From positions 1-64,000 of the forward strand of contig CAVPPB010000001.1 of assembly GCA_963707215.1 (NCBI GenBank): a stretch of 64,000 nt of DNA, given 5' to 3'. Of the stretch, positions 18,882-28,598 are shown piece after piece; position 1 is the first letter of the stretch; every line of letters begins with the position of its first letter. A model generated the notes under the pieces. It saw only the letters and a list, made by a program, of their open reading frames with translations, was not told the DNA's origin and made no database searches. The stretch is from an uncultured Chloroflexia bacterium. Its GTDB lineage: Bacteria > Chloroflexota > Limnocylindria > Limnocylindrales > CSP1-4. Both the position numbers and the translations under genes were made by a program.

Positions 18882-21131
18882 CTAGGCCCCGCTCGCCGGA
18901 TCGCCGGTGAACACGCGGGTCAGCCACCCCTCGCGGAGCTCCCGCAGGAGCGAGGGCAGGCCGGCGGCCACGGACCCGTCCTCGGCCACCAGCGCCTCCG
19001 CGTGACGACGGGCGGCCACGGCGATCTCGCGGTGCTCCGCCAGCTGGAGCGAGGCGACCCGAAGCTGCGGGAGGCCGCTCTGGCTCAGGCCGAGCACGTC
19101 ACCCTCGCCCCGCAGGGCGAAGTCCTCCTCGGCCAGGTCGAATCCGTCGCGGAGACGCTCGACCGCCTGCAGGCGGGCCCAGCCCGTGGTGCCGGGCTCG
19201 GCATCCGAGACCAGGACGCAGTAGCTCTCGAGCGTCCCGCGCCCAACGCGGCCTCGGAGCTGGTGAAGCTGGGCGAGACCGAAGCGGTCGGCGTCCTCGA
19301 CCACCATGATCGTCGCCTCCGGCACATCCACGCCGACCTCGACGACGGTCGTCCCCACGATCACGTCGAGGTCGCCGTCCCGGAAGCGCGCCATCTCGGC
19401 GTCTCGGTCGGCCGCACGCATCCGGCCGTGGACGAGGCCGACCCGGCGGGGCGCCAGCCGCTTGCGGAGACGGGTCGCCTCGGCCTCCGCGGCGGCAGCT
19501 CCGGTCGCCAGCGGGTCGGCCTCGACGTCCCCGGACTCCTCGATCAGCGGCACGACGACGAAGGCCCGCCGCCCGCGGCCGGTCTCCTCCATGACGAAGG
19601 ACCACAGGCGCTCGAGGGAAGCCCAGCCGCGGACCGCGGTCCGGATGGGGACCCTGCCCTCCGGCGAGGCGCGCAGATCGGAGACGTCGAGGTCCGCATA
19701 GATCACCTGGCCCAGGGTCCGCGGGATCGGCGTGGCCGTCATGAGGAGCACGTGCGGCGGGATACCGTCGGCCTTGGCCTCGAGCATCCCGCGCTGCTCG
19801 ACGCCGAATCGATGCTGCTCGTCGACGACCGCGAGCGCCAGGTCGGCGAAGCGGACGCTCTCCTGGATGAGCGCGTGCGTCCCGACCACGACCGAGGCCC
19901 GACCATCGGCGATCGCCTGCGAGGCGGTCCGCCGCCCGTCGGCCGAGAGTGACCCGGTGAGCAGGGTCACCGGCAGGCCCACGTCCCCGAGCAGGTCCGC
20001 CAGGGTCTCGGCGTGCTGTCGGGCCAGCAGGTCGGTCGGCGCCAGGATCGCCGCCTGTCGCCCGGTCATGGCGACCGCCGCCAGCGCATACGCAGCGACC
20101 GCGGTCTTGCCGGATCCGACGTCTCCCTGGATCAGGCGCAGCATCGGGCTCGGCTCCGCCAGGTCCTCGCGGATCGCGGCGATGGCCGCGTCCTGGTCCA
20201 GGGTGAGGGCCACCCGTCGCGCGAGCCGCCGGGAGAGCGCCTCCGCGAGCCCGCCGCGGATCCGCGCGTTCGTCGCGTCATCCACGGCGATGACCCGCCC
20301 TGGCGACCGGCCCCGCTGCCGTCGCCGGACGACCATCCCGAGCTGCAGGGCGAGGAGCTCGTCGAAGGCGAGGCGCCGCAGCGCGGCGTCCCGGTCAGGG
20401 AAGTCCGTCGGGAAGTGGGCCTGCTCGATGGCAGGGCCGATGGGGCCCAGGCCCTCGCTGGCCAGGATCGTCGGAGGCAGGTACTCCGGGTAGCTGGCCC
20501 CGGCCCGGTCGAGCGCCGCTCGCATGGCCGCGCGCAGCCGGGTCGCGGTCAGCCCGGCCGTCAGCCGGTAGACCGGCACGATCCGGCCCGCATGGAGGAC
20601 GGCCGAGCCGTCGAGCGGCGCGAAGTCGGGATTGTCGAGCGCCTGCACCCAGCCGCGGCGGCGCAGACGACCGCTGACCACGATCTCGTCGCCAGGCTTG
20701 AGACGGCGTTCGATGAACCGACGACCGAACCAGGTCGCCTCGATGGTGCCCGTGCCGTCATCGAAGGTGGCGCTGGTCCGCTGGACCCGCTTGCGCCAGG
20801 TCTGCTCGACCCGGATGTCGGCCACCCGGACACGGGCCGAGACCACCGTCCCCTCGGGGACCGCCCCCAGGTCCCCGAGGCGGTGGAGCTCGCGCAGATC
20901 ATCGTAGCGACGCGGGAGGTGGAACAGGAGGTCCCGGACGGTCCTGACCCCCAGGCGTGGGCCAGCTCGGCGGAGGACCGACGCCCCCGGCAGCCCGCTC
21001 GAGCCGAGGTCCGAGCGGAGCAGCCCCTCCGGGGTCGCCGGGGCCGTGACCTTCGGGCCGCTCCGGCGACGACCTCCGCGGCCAGCACCCGTGCGGACGC
21101 CCTCGCCGGGAGCCCCGGCACGACCGCTCAC
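18882..21131 (-). CDS. recG: ATP-dependent DNA helicase RecG
   Basis: QGDVGSGKT, DEQHRFG, TATPIPRT, QLRGRVGRG. Confidence 0.97.
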   Translation of the reverse strand: MSGRAGAPGEGVRTGAGRGGRRRSGPKVTAPATPEGLLRSDLGSSGLPGASVLRRAGPRLGVRTVRDLLFHLPRRYDDLRELHRLGDLGAVPEGTVVSARVRVADIRVEQTWRKRVQRTSATFDDGTGTIEATWFGRRFIERRLKPGDEIVVSGRLRRRGWVQALDNPDFAPLDGSAVLHAGRIVPVYRLTAGLTATRLRAAMRAALDRAGASYPEYLPPTILASEGLGPIGPAIEQAHFPTDFPDRDAALRRLAFDELLALQLGMVVRRRQRGRSPGRVIAVDDATNARIRGGLAEALSRRLARRVALTLDQDAAIAAIREDLAEPSPMLRLIQGDVGSGKTAVAAYALAAVAMTGRQAAILAPTDLLARQHAETLADLLGDVGLPVTLLTGSLSADGRRTASQAIADGRASVVVGTHALIQESVRFADLALAVVDEQHRFGVEQRGMLEAKADGIPPHVLLMTATPIPRTLGQVIYADLDVSDLRASPEGRVPIRTAVRGWASLERLWSFVMEETGRGRRAFVVVPLIEESGDVEADPLATGAAAAEAEATRLRKRLAPRRVGLVHGRMRAADRDAEMARFRDGDLDVIVGTTVVEVGVDVPEATIMVVEDADRFGLAQLHQLRGRVGRGTLESYCVLVSDAEPGTTGWARLQAVERLRDGFDLAEEDFALRGEGDVLGLSQSGLPQLRVASLQLAEHREIAVAARRHAEALVAEDGSVAAGLPSLLRELREGWLTRVFTGDPASGA

Positions 21132-22828
21132 TCGGCCGAGATCAGGTAGCGGTAGTGGGGCTGGCCGCCGTGGATCAGCTGGACCTCCACGCCATCGACG
21201 TGCTGCCCGATCCGGCGAGCGACCTCCTCGGCCTCGTCGAGGTCGGCGCCATCGCCGTAGTAGATGGTCAGGAGCTCGTAGCCGGGCTGGAAGGTCGCGA
21301 CAGCCTCAAGGATGCTCCGCATCCGATCCCCGTCGACAGCCACGAGCCCGTCGTCCGGATCCAGGCAGATGCTCTGCCCCTTCCGGACCTTGCGAGCGCC
21401 GATCCGAGCGTCCCGCACCGCGTCGGTGATCTGGACCGTCTGGATCGACCGGGCGGCCCGGGTCATCTCCTCGGCGTTCCCATCGAGGTCGAGGGCCGGG
21501 TCGAGAGCCAGCAGGGCGGCGACGCCCTCGGCCGCATTTCGGGTCGGGACCACGCGGACCGGGCGATCGGACAGCTCGGCGACCTGGCGCGCCGCCATCA
21601 CCACGTTGGGGTTGTTCGGGAGGACGAGGATGCCGGTCGAGGGCAAGCGCTCGACCGCCTCCATCAGCTCGCCGGTGCTGGGGTTGTGGGCCTGGCCGCC
21701 GACCACGACCCGGACGGTCAGCTGGTCAGGGATCGCGAACTGCTGGAAGACCTGGCGAAGACCTTCGCCGGCCGCGACCGCGACGATCCCGAGCGGTGTC
21801 TCCGTCACTTCCTGCTGGATCGTCAGCAGCCCGGATGCACTGAGGCCCGTCGCACCGCCCCCGGCGAAGGCCTCGGCCCGGGTCTCGCGGACGTCCCTCG
21901 CCTGGTGGTCGAGGTTCTCGACGGTGATCCGGGTGAGTGCCCCAAGGGTGAGACCGTAGCCGATCACCTGGTCGGGTCGATCGTTGTGGACGTGGACCTT
22001 GACGGCCCGCGCATCCCCGGCGACCAGGACCGAATCGCCGACCGACTCCAGATGGAGGCGGATCCCGTCCACGTCGAGCCGCTCGGTCGGTCGAGCCTGG
22101 AGCAGGAACATCGTCTCGTACCCGAACTCCTCGTCGGCGTGGGCGACGAGGGCGGAGGCTCGGGCCGCCTCTCCGGATGGCCGGCGGGCCGCCTCGGCAG
22201 CCGGAGCCCGACCCACCAGGAACAGCAGGACACCCTGGAAGAAGCGGTACAGACCCTGGCCGCCGGAGTCGACGACCCCCGCCTCGCGCAGGATGGGCAG
22301 CAGACCGGGGGTCCGGGCCACGGAATGCTCAGCCTCCTCGACGACCGTCGTCAGGACCGCCTCGACGTCGCCGGAGGCCTCGGCCCGCACGACGGCCGCC
22401 TCGGCCGACTCGCGGATGACGGTGAGGATCGTCCCCTCGACAGGCCGTGCGACCGCCGCATAGGCGGTCCGGCTGCCCTCGCGGAGGGCGTGGGCGAGGT
22501 CCAGGCCATTGATCCGGCGCCGGCCTTCGAGCGCCTCAGCGAAGCCACGAAGGATCTGACTGGTGATGACCCCCGAGTTGCCGCGGGCACCCATCAGGGC
22601 TCCGAACGAGAAGGCGCTGGCGACCCGGTCGGCGGTCGCCTTGTCGCCGACGCGATCGGCCTCATCGAGCGCAGCCCGGAGGGTCGCCAGCATGTTGCTG
22701 CCGGTGTCCCCGTCAGGGACGGGGAAGACGTTGAGCCCGTTGATCTCCTCGACATGTTGCTCGACGTTCGCAACGCCCGCCCGGAAGGCTGCCAGCAGGC
22801 CGGTGCCGTCGAACGACCGCCGGCCCAT
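21128..22828 (-). CDS. fakA: DAK2-domain fatty acid kinase subunit A (YloV)
   Basis: NVFPVPDGDTGSNM, GARGNSGVI, GVVDSGG, KVHVH, GGQPHYRY. Confidence 0.92.
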   Translation of the reverse strand: MGRRSFDGTGLLAAFRAGVANVEQHVEEINGLNVFPVPDGDTGSNMLATLRAALDEADRVGDKATADRVASAFSFGALMGARGNSGVITSQILRGFAEALEGRRRINGLDLAHALREGSRTAYAAVARPVEGTILTVIRESAEAAVVRAEASGDVEAVLTTVVEEAEHSVARTPGLLPILREAGVVDSGGQGLYRFFQGVLLFLVGRAPAAEAARRPSGEAARASALVAHADEEFGYETMFLLQARPTERLDVDGIRLHLESVGDSVLVAGDARAVKVHVHNDRPDQVIGYGLTLGALTRITVENLDHQARDVRETRAEAFAGGGATGLSASGLLTIQQEVTETPLGIVAVAAGEGLRQVFQQFAIPDQLTVRVVVGGQAHNPSTGELMEAVERLPSTGILVLPNNPNVVMAARQVAELSDRPVRVVPTRNAAEGVAALLALDPALDLDGNAEEMTRAARSIQTVQITDAVRDARIGARKVRKGQSICLDPDDGLVAVDGDRMRSILEAVATFQPGYELLTIYYGDGADLDEAEEVARRIGQHVDGVEVQLIHGGQPHYRYLISAE

Positions 22829-23289
22829 CAGCCTCGCTCGCCCACCACGACCGCGCCCTCGACAGGGGGCTCCACGAGCCCTGCGTCCTCGGTGATCGCC
22901 GACGCATCGGCCCGCTCGACCCGGCCCTTCGCAGGCGGCACCCGGCCGGGCTGGTAGCGCAGGCCGCCCACGTGGATGGTCAGGCGACGGACCTCGTGGC
23001 CGAACGTCCGTCGGATCGCGTAGCGGACCGACGAGTCAACCTGTCGCGCGACCTCGGCGACGGGCAGCCCGAAGGCCACGACCAGGTCGAGGTCGACCTC
23101 CAGGCCGCGATCGAGCCGGACCCTGATACCGGGCCGGCGGATCCGCGCGGCGACGAGGAACCGGTCGAGCGGGCCGGAGCGGCCCACCTCGGTGACCCCG
23201 TATGAGCCCAACACGGCGGCCCGGGCGACATCGGCGATCGCCCGCCGGGTCGCCAGGGAACGCCCGGAGATGCTTCGATCGGTCGGCAC
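22828..23289 (-). CDS. Asp23/Gls24 family protein (YloU-like)
   Basis: AIADVARAAVLGSYGV, VAFGLPVAEVARQV; lies between rpmB and fakA. Confidence 0.85.
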   Translation of the reverse strand: MPTDRSISGRSLATRRAIADVARAAVLGSYGVTEVGRSGPLDRFLVAARIRRPGIRVRLDRGLEVDLDLVVAFGLPVAEVARQVDSSVRYAIRRTFGHEVRRLTIHVGGLRYQPGRVPPAKGRVERADASAITEDAGLVEPPVEGAVVVGERG

Positions 23290-23422
23290 GCGAGACCTCG
23301 GGACGGGCGACTCGACGACTCGGCCCCAGCGGCCCGGCGCGGAGGCTGTCTGCTATGATACCGGCTCGCATCCGGCCTCCGGTCGGTGCCGCCCTGCCTC
23401 GACACACACCAGAAGGGATCCG

Positions 23423-23620
23423 ATGGCCCGCACCTGCGCCCTCTGCGGCAAGGTCTCCATGGCTGGCTTCAACCCGCAGTCGTCGGGTAGCAACCGCGTC
23501 CGCGCGCACCGTCGCTTCCAGCCCAACCTCCAGTCCCGCGTGATCCCGTTCGACGGGAGCCCGAAGCGCGTGCTCGTCTGCACCCGCTGCATGCGAACGC
23601 GGCTCAAGTCCGCGCGCTGA
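23423..23620 (+). CDS. rpmB: 50S ribosomal protein L28
   Basis: MARTCALCGK...RRFQPNLQ...VCTRC; TGCTATGAT promoter at 23351-23359. Confidence 0.95.
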   Translation: MARTCALCGKVSMAGFNPQSSGSNRVRAHRRFQPNLQSRVIPFDGSPKRVLVCTRCMRTRLKSAR

Positions 23621-23650
23621 TCGCTCGCTCCGCGCCGGATCGCCAGGAGG

Positions 23651-24097
23651 TCAGGGAGCGTCCGTGTCGAGCCAGATGGTGAAGGGCCCGTCGTTGACGA
23701 GCTCGACCTCCATCGACGCGCCGAAGCGCCCCCGGGCCACCTTGACCCCGAGCTCCTCGAGTCCGCCGGCGTAGCGCTCAACGAGGTCGGCCGCCACCCG
23801 GGGCTCCGCCGCGAGCGAGAACCCGGGGCGCCGTCCGCGCGAGGTGTCCGCGTAGAGGGTGAACTGGCTGACGACGAGCACGGCTCCGCCAACGTCGAGG
23901 AGCGAGCGGTTCGTCCGCCCGTCGTCGTCCTGGAAGATCCGGAGCTCGGTCGTCCGCCGGGCCAGCCCCAGGGCCGTCCCGGCCTCGTCGCCGCGACCCA
24001 CGCCGAGCAGGACGAGGAGGCCCGGTCCGATCGAACCCGTCGGCTCGTCGTCGACCCGGACCTCGGCCCGGAGCACCCGCTGCAGGAGGGCGCGCAC
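23651..24097 (-). CDS. dtd: D-aminoacyl-tRNA deacylase
   Basis: MRALLQRV, VSQFTL, NDGPFT. Confidence 0.96.
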   Translation of the reverse strand: MRALLQRVLRAEVRVDDEPTGSIGPGLLVLLGVGRGDEAGTALGLARRTTELRIFQDDDGRTNRSLLDVGGAVLVVSQFTLYADTSRGRRPGFSLAAEPRVAADLVERYAGGLEELGVKVARGRFGASMEVELVNDGPFTIWLDTDAP

Positions 24098-24106
24098 GGG
24101 GTGCCC

Positions 24107-25177
24107 CTATCCGGCCGGCTCGGCGACGGCCGAGGCGGACGACGCGTCACCACCCGCGCCGGGATGGAGGACCTGCCCATCGGGCCCGAAGACGGCTTGG
24201 CCTTCGGCCCGCCGCTCCTCGGCGGTCGCGACCCGCCAGGCGGATGCCGACTCCGAGAGACTGGCGATCCGCCCCGTCCACCGATCGCTGACGAGCGACT
24301 CGGCCGCGGCTGGGACCAGGACGTCGTAGTCACGGACACCGTCAGGGTTGACCGGTCCATCGCCGCGCAACATCAGGGCCGGGACCTGCGCCGCTGCGAG
24401 ATCGCGGACGAGTTGCCTGGCCAGGTGACGAGGAAGGCCGCCGATGGCCACCCAGCGGTCGCGCGAATCCAGGGGGACCCCCGCATTGACCCGGTACTGG
24501 TAGCCCTCATCGGCGAGCGCCTTGACGAGCCTGATCTCACGAGCCATGTCGTGGCCCCGGACCCAGAGGGCCGACCCGACCACGAGGATATCGGCGCCGA
24601 GGCCACCGACCAGCTCAGCCGAATCACGGTTCACGCCGCCGTCGACGTGGACCTCGCCGGCGATCGACGGATCCCGGAGGTAGGTCCGGGCGGCCTGGAC
24701 CTTCTCGTGGGCGACGTCGACCATGAACGACTGCCCGCCGAAGCCCGGCTCGACCGTCATGACCATGACGATGTCGAGCAGCTCGCGGTACGGCTCCAGG
24801 GCGGCCAGGGGGGTCGCCGGTCGGAGCGCCAGCCCGGCCGCCCGGCCGGCCTCGCGGATCCTGCGGAGGAGCGGTTCGATCGGTTCGTCCACCTCCACGT
24901 GGACGGTGATGGAGTCGCACCCCGCGGCGATGAACCCGTCGAGGTAGCGACCGGGCTCGCTGATCATGAGATGGGCGTCGAACGGCGCCGACGTCCTTGA
25001 GCGGAGCGCGGAGATCGTTCGCGCTCCGAAGGTCAGGTTCGGGACGAAGTGGCCGTCCATGACGTCGAGGTGGATCCGGTCAGCCCCCTTGCTGACCGCC
25101 CGTCGGACGGCGTGGGCCAGGTTGCCGAGGTCCGCGTCGAGGATGCTTGCCGCGAGCCTGGCCCGCCCGGGCGCCAT
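24107..25177 (-). CDS. rpe: Ribulose-phosphate 3-epimerase with C-terminal extra domain
   Basis: HLDVMDGHFVPNLTFG, DAHLMI, MTVEPGFGGQ, VDGG, VVGSAL; ~130 extra aa. Confidence 0.93.
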   Translation of the reverse strand: MAPGRARLAASILDADLGNLAHAVRRAVSKGADRIHLDVMDGHFVPNLTFGARTISALRSRTSAPFDAHLMISEPGRYLDGFIAAGCDSITVHVEVDEPIEPLLRRIREAGRAAGLALRPATPLAALEPYRELLDIVMVMTVEPGFGGQSFMVDVAHEKVQAARTYLRDPSIAGEVHVDGGVNRDSAELVGGLGADILVVGSALWVRGHDMAREIRLVKALADEGYQYRVNAGVPLDSRDRWVAIGGLPRHLARQLVRDLAAAQVPALMLRGDGPVNPDGVRDYDVLVPAAAESLVSDRWTGRIASLSESASAWRVATAEERRAEGQAVFGPDGQVLHPGAGGDASSASAVAEPAG

Positions 25178-25180
25178 CCC

Positions 25181-26407
25181 CTAGTCCCCCACCCCGGCCG
25201 GTAGCGGTGCGGCCGCCCGTTCCCCGCGCATGGCCCTCAGACTCTCGAGCTCGAGACGTTCGCGGCGTCGGGCGACGGCGATCGGAGTCGGGTCCGCGGC
25301 CCGCTCGGCGGCGAGCTGCCCGCAGGCGGCGCCGATCTCCTGACCGCGGTTCCGCCGGATCGACACGGGCACCCCGCTCCTCTCCAGTCGGTCGGCAAAT
25401 CGACGGATCACCTCCGGGGCGCTGGCCTCCCAGGGGGTGTGGGCGACCGGGTTCATCGGGATCAGGTTGACGTGAGCGAGGCGGCCCGCCAGCAGGCCGG
25501 CCATGGCGTCCGCGTCAGAAGGCGTATCGTTGATCCCGGCGATCATCGTCACCTCGTAGCTCACCCGGCGGCCCGTGCGGCGAGCATGCTCGGAGGCCGC
25601 TGCCACGACCTCGGTGACCGGCCAGCGACGGTTGAGCGGGACGAGCACGTCACGAAGGGGATCCCGCGCGGCGTGCAGCGAGATCGCCAGCGTGGACCTC
25701 GACCCCAGATCGGTCAGACGTCGGATGCCGGGCACGACGCCGGAGGTCGAGACCGTGACGTTGCGGGCCGCCAGGCCCAGCCGACCCGGGGCGGCCAGGG
25801 CGGCCACCGCGTCCAGGACCGCATCGAGGTTGAGCAACGGTTCGCCCATTCCCATGAAGACGACATTCGTCAGGCGCCGGCCCTCGGCGGCCAGGTGGCG
25901 GGCCGCCCAGCGGACCTGGTCCAGGATCTCGGCGGTCTCGAGATCCCGCCCGAAGCCAAGCTCGCCGGTGGCGCAGAAAGGGCAGCCCACCGCACAGCCG
26001 GCCTGGCTCGAGATGCAGACGGTCGCCCGGGGCCGCCGGTCGGCTCGTCCCGGGTAGCGCATCAGCACGGACTCGACCTCCGCCCCGTCATCGAGCCGGT
26101 GGAGCGCCTTGGTCGTGAGGCCGCGATCGGAGTCACGGGACTCGGTGTCGGCCAGGGTGCCGACCCGGAACGAACCAGCGATGGCATCGCGCAGGCGGAT
26201 CGGCAGGGTGCTCAGCTCGTCGGGCGACGATGCGAAAGCCCGCCAGACGGCCTCGAGGATCTGGGTCGCCCGGTAGGAGGGCTCCCCGCGGGCGGCGACC
26301 CATGCCCCGAGCTCTTCGGCGCCGATTCCGGACAACCCGGGAGGCCGGTCGCGATCGGGTTCGCCGACCGACGGATCGACCACGGGAAGCTCGTCGATGA
26401 GAGGCAT
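25181..26407 (-). CDS. rlmN: Radical-SAM RNA methyltransferase RlmN
   Basis: CISSQAGCAVGCPFCATG, MGMGEP, ISLHA, ACGQL. Confidence 0.95.
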   Translation of the reverse strand: MPLIDELPVVDPSVGEPDRDRPPGLSGIGAEELGAWVAARGEPSYRATQILEAVWRAFASSPDELSTLPIRLRDAIAGSFRVGTLADTESRDSDRGLTTKALHRLDDGAEVESVLMRYPGRADRRPRATVCISSQAGCAVGCPFCATGELGFGRDLETAEILDQVRWAARHLAAEGRRLTNVVFMGMGEPLLNLDAVLDAVAALAAPGRLGLAARNVTVSTSGVVPGIRRLTDLGSRSTLAISLHAARDPLRDVLVPLNRRWPVTEVVAAASEHARRTGRRVSYEVTMIAGINDTPSDADAMAGLLAGRLAHVNLIPMNPVAHTPWEASAPEVIRRFADRLERSGVPVSIRRNRGQEIGAACGQLAAERAADPTPIAVARRRERLELESLRAMRGERAAAPLPAGVGD

Positions 26408-26494
26408 GGCTCGATTGTCGCACGGGGCTGCGCCGATGACGGCCACGACGAGCCCGGCTTGGCCGAGGAACGTGGCACCGCGGGCCGCGTCCGG

Positions 26495-27466
26495 TCAGAC
26501 AGCCCCCGGGTCGACGAGGTGTCGCCCCCTGCCCCGACGAAATGCCTCGCCGGACATCCTCCGTCCGCCCTGCGGCTGGACCTCGTCGAGGCGGAGACGG
26601 TCCGCGGCCGTGGCCAGCGCGAGACCCCGCCCCTCCCCCACGAGCATCCCGGCCCGGTCTCCGGGACGCCCGGCCGACACCGCTGCGGCAAGGATGATCA
26701 GCCTGGACCCGTCGACATCGAGGAAGGTCCCCGGCCACGGCTGCAGGCCACGGACCATCCGCTCGAGCTCAGCGGCCGGGCGCGTCGGGTCGAGCCGCCC
26801 ATCGTCCCGGGCCAGTGGCCGGGTGAGGGTCACCCCCTGGGTCCTCTGTGGGATCGGCCGGCTTCGCCCGGCGATCCAGTCCGGCAGGACTGCGCCCAGG
26901 AGCTCGGCACCGATCCGTGCGGCCTCAGCCTCGAGCTGGGGAGCCGCCTCGTCGCCCCGCAACGGCCACGAGCGAGCCGCGACGATCGGGCCTGTATCGA
27001 GGCCCTCGTCCATGAGGATGATCGTGACCCCGGCCGTCTCGTCGCCGGCCAGGATGGTCGCCGCGATCGGGGTGGCGCCGCGGTGGCGTGGCAGCAGGCT
27101 GGGATGGACGTTCAGGATGCCCAACCGCGGCAGCCCCAGGATGGCCGGCGGCACGACGCGCCCGTAGTCGACCAGGACACCCAGATCGGCCGCCATGGCG
27201 GCGATGTCGGCGACGGCCTCGTGCGATCGCAGGCGCTCCGGCTGGAGGAGCGGCAGCCCGAGGTCGCGAGCCCGCGCGCTCACCAAGGTCGGCCGGAGGG
27301 CGCCCGACCGACCAGCAGGTCTGTCGGGCGTCGAGACGACGCCCACCACCTTGGTCTCGGGGAGCCGCAGGAGCAGCTCCAGGGCGGGAAGCGCGAGATC
27401 CCCGGAGCCGAAGAAGATCGTGCGGGTCGGCGTCCGCCCGGTTCCCTCGGCCTCCGGCCCGGTCAC
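26495..27466 (-). CDS. fmt: Methionyl-tRNA formyltransferase
   Basis: NVHPSLLPRHRGATPI, MDEGLDTGP. Confidence 0.95.
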   Translation of the reverse strand: MTGPEAEGTGRTPTRTIFFGSGDLALPALELLLRLPETKVVGVVSTPDRPAGRSGALRPTLVSARARDLGLPLLQPERLRSHEAVADIAAMAADLGVLVDYGRVVPPAILGLPRLGILNVHPSLLPRHRGATPIAATILAGDETAGVTIILMDEGLDTGPIVAARSWPLRGDEAAPQLEAEAARIGAELLGAVLPDWIAGRSRPIPQRTQGVTLTRPLARDDGRLDPTRPAAELERMVRGLQPWPGTFLDVDGSRLIILAAAVSAGRPGDRAGMLVGEGRGLALATAADRLRLDEVQPQGGRRMSGEAFRRGRGRHLVDPGAV

Positions 27467-27984
27467 GCCAGCGCGCCCGACGCCTCCCGGATCGCGGCGT
27501 CCTCGCTCTCGTCGTCTCCGGAGCCGACCGGGATGAGCTCCTCGAGCGAGTCGAGGTAATCCACGTAGAGCTTGCCGTCGAGATGGTCGAGCTCGTGCTG
27601 GAGCGCCCGTCCCAGGAGCCCCGACCCGGCGACCTTGATCTTGCGGCCGTGGCGGTTCTGGGCGACGACCCAGACCCGCTCCTGTCGCGTCACGTAGGCG
27701 ACATAGCCGGGGATCGAGAGGCAACCCTCGAGATCGCGATCGTCGCCGGAACCTCGGACGATCCGAGGGTTGACAAGCTCGTGGAGCTGGTCGCCGACCT
27801 CGATGACGCACGCCGAGACCGCCTCACCGAGCTGCGGGGCGGCCAGGCCGACGCCCGGGGCGTGGCGCATGGTGTCCGTCAGGTCGTCGAGCAGCCCGTG
27901 GAGCCACTTGCCGAAGCTGTCGACCGGCTGGCCCTTGATGCGCAGCCGAGGATCGCCGAGGAGGATGATGGCTCGTACACTCAC
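27463..27984 (-). CDS. def: Peptide deformylase
   Basis: GVGLAAPQ, EGCLS, QHELDH. Confidence 0.97.
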   Translation of the reverse strand: MSVRAIILLGDPRLRIKGQPVDSFGKWLHGLLDDLTDTMRHAPGVGLAAPQLGEAVSACVIEVGDQLHELVNPRIVRGSGDDRDLEGCLSIPGYVAYVTRQERVWVVAQNRHGRKIKVAGSGLLGRALQHELDHLDGKLYVDYLDSLEELIPVGSGDDESEDAAIREASGALA

Positions 27985-28011
27985 GTGGTCGAGTATAGGC
28001 GACGCGGCCCG

Positions 28012-28503
28012 CTAGTCCCCGTCAGGCCGCGCGTCGCCGCTCTCAGCCGCGCCGTCGGTCGAACCCGCAGCCTCCGGAGCCTCCGGGATACCCTCGGCAG
28101 AGTGGGTCGCCCCCGTGGGCTCGCGTCGGAGCTCCTCCGCGAGCGAGCGGGACCGCTCCGCCAGGCGCAGACCGACGTCGCCCGTCACCTCGGCGGCCCG
28201 CTGGGCGATCGGGCCCGCTCGCTCTGCCGCCACCGCGGCCAGCTCGGCTGCCTTCGCACCGACCTGGCGGACCGTCGGCGAGGCCTGGGTCGCCAGATCG
28301 TCGATCATCCGCTGAAGCTGGCCGAGCCACTCCACTCCCTGCCCACTGGACGGCCCACCGCTGGATGTCCCGCCACCGGTCGGCCCGGAGGAACCGGGGG
28401 CTTCACCCGTCCCCGTGGTCGGTTCATTCGCTCCCGCCTCCGATCCGGCCCAGGTGGCGTCCGGGCCATCCTCCGCACGGCTCGCGGTCCGATCCTCGTC
28501 CAT
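28012..28503 (-). CDS. Hypothetical protein (disordered ends, amphipathic helical core)
   Basis: GGAGG SD before ATG at 28503; WLGQLQRMIDDLATQASPTVRQVGAKAAELAA. Confidence 0.65.
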   Translation of the reverse strand: MDEDRTASRAEDGPDATWAGSEAGANEPTTGTGEAPGSSGPTGGGTSSGGPSSGQGVEWLGQLQRMIDDLATQASPTVRQVGAKAAELAAVAAERAGPIAQRAAEVTGDVGLRLAERSRSLAEELRREPTGATHSAEGIPEAPEAAGSTDGAAESGDARPDGD

Positions 28504-28598
28504 CTGATCCCTCCCGGATGTGGGGTCCGTCCCGGTCACGTGGGGCCCGCCGGCCGCCCGTGCGGTCGCCGCCCGGGAGCAGCCCGGACCCAGGCAGC

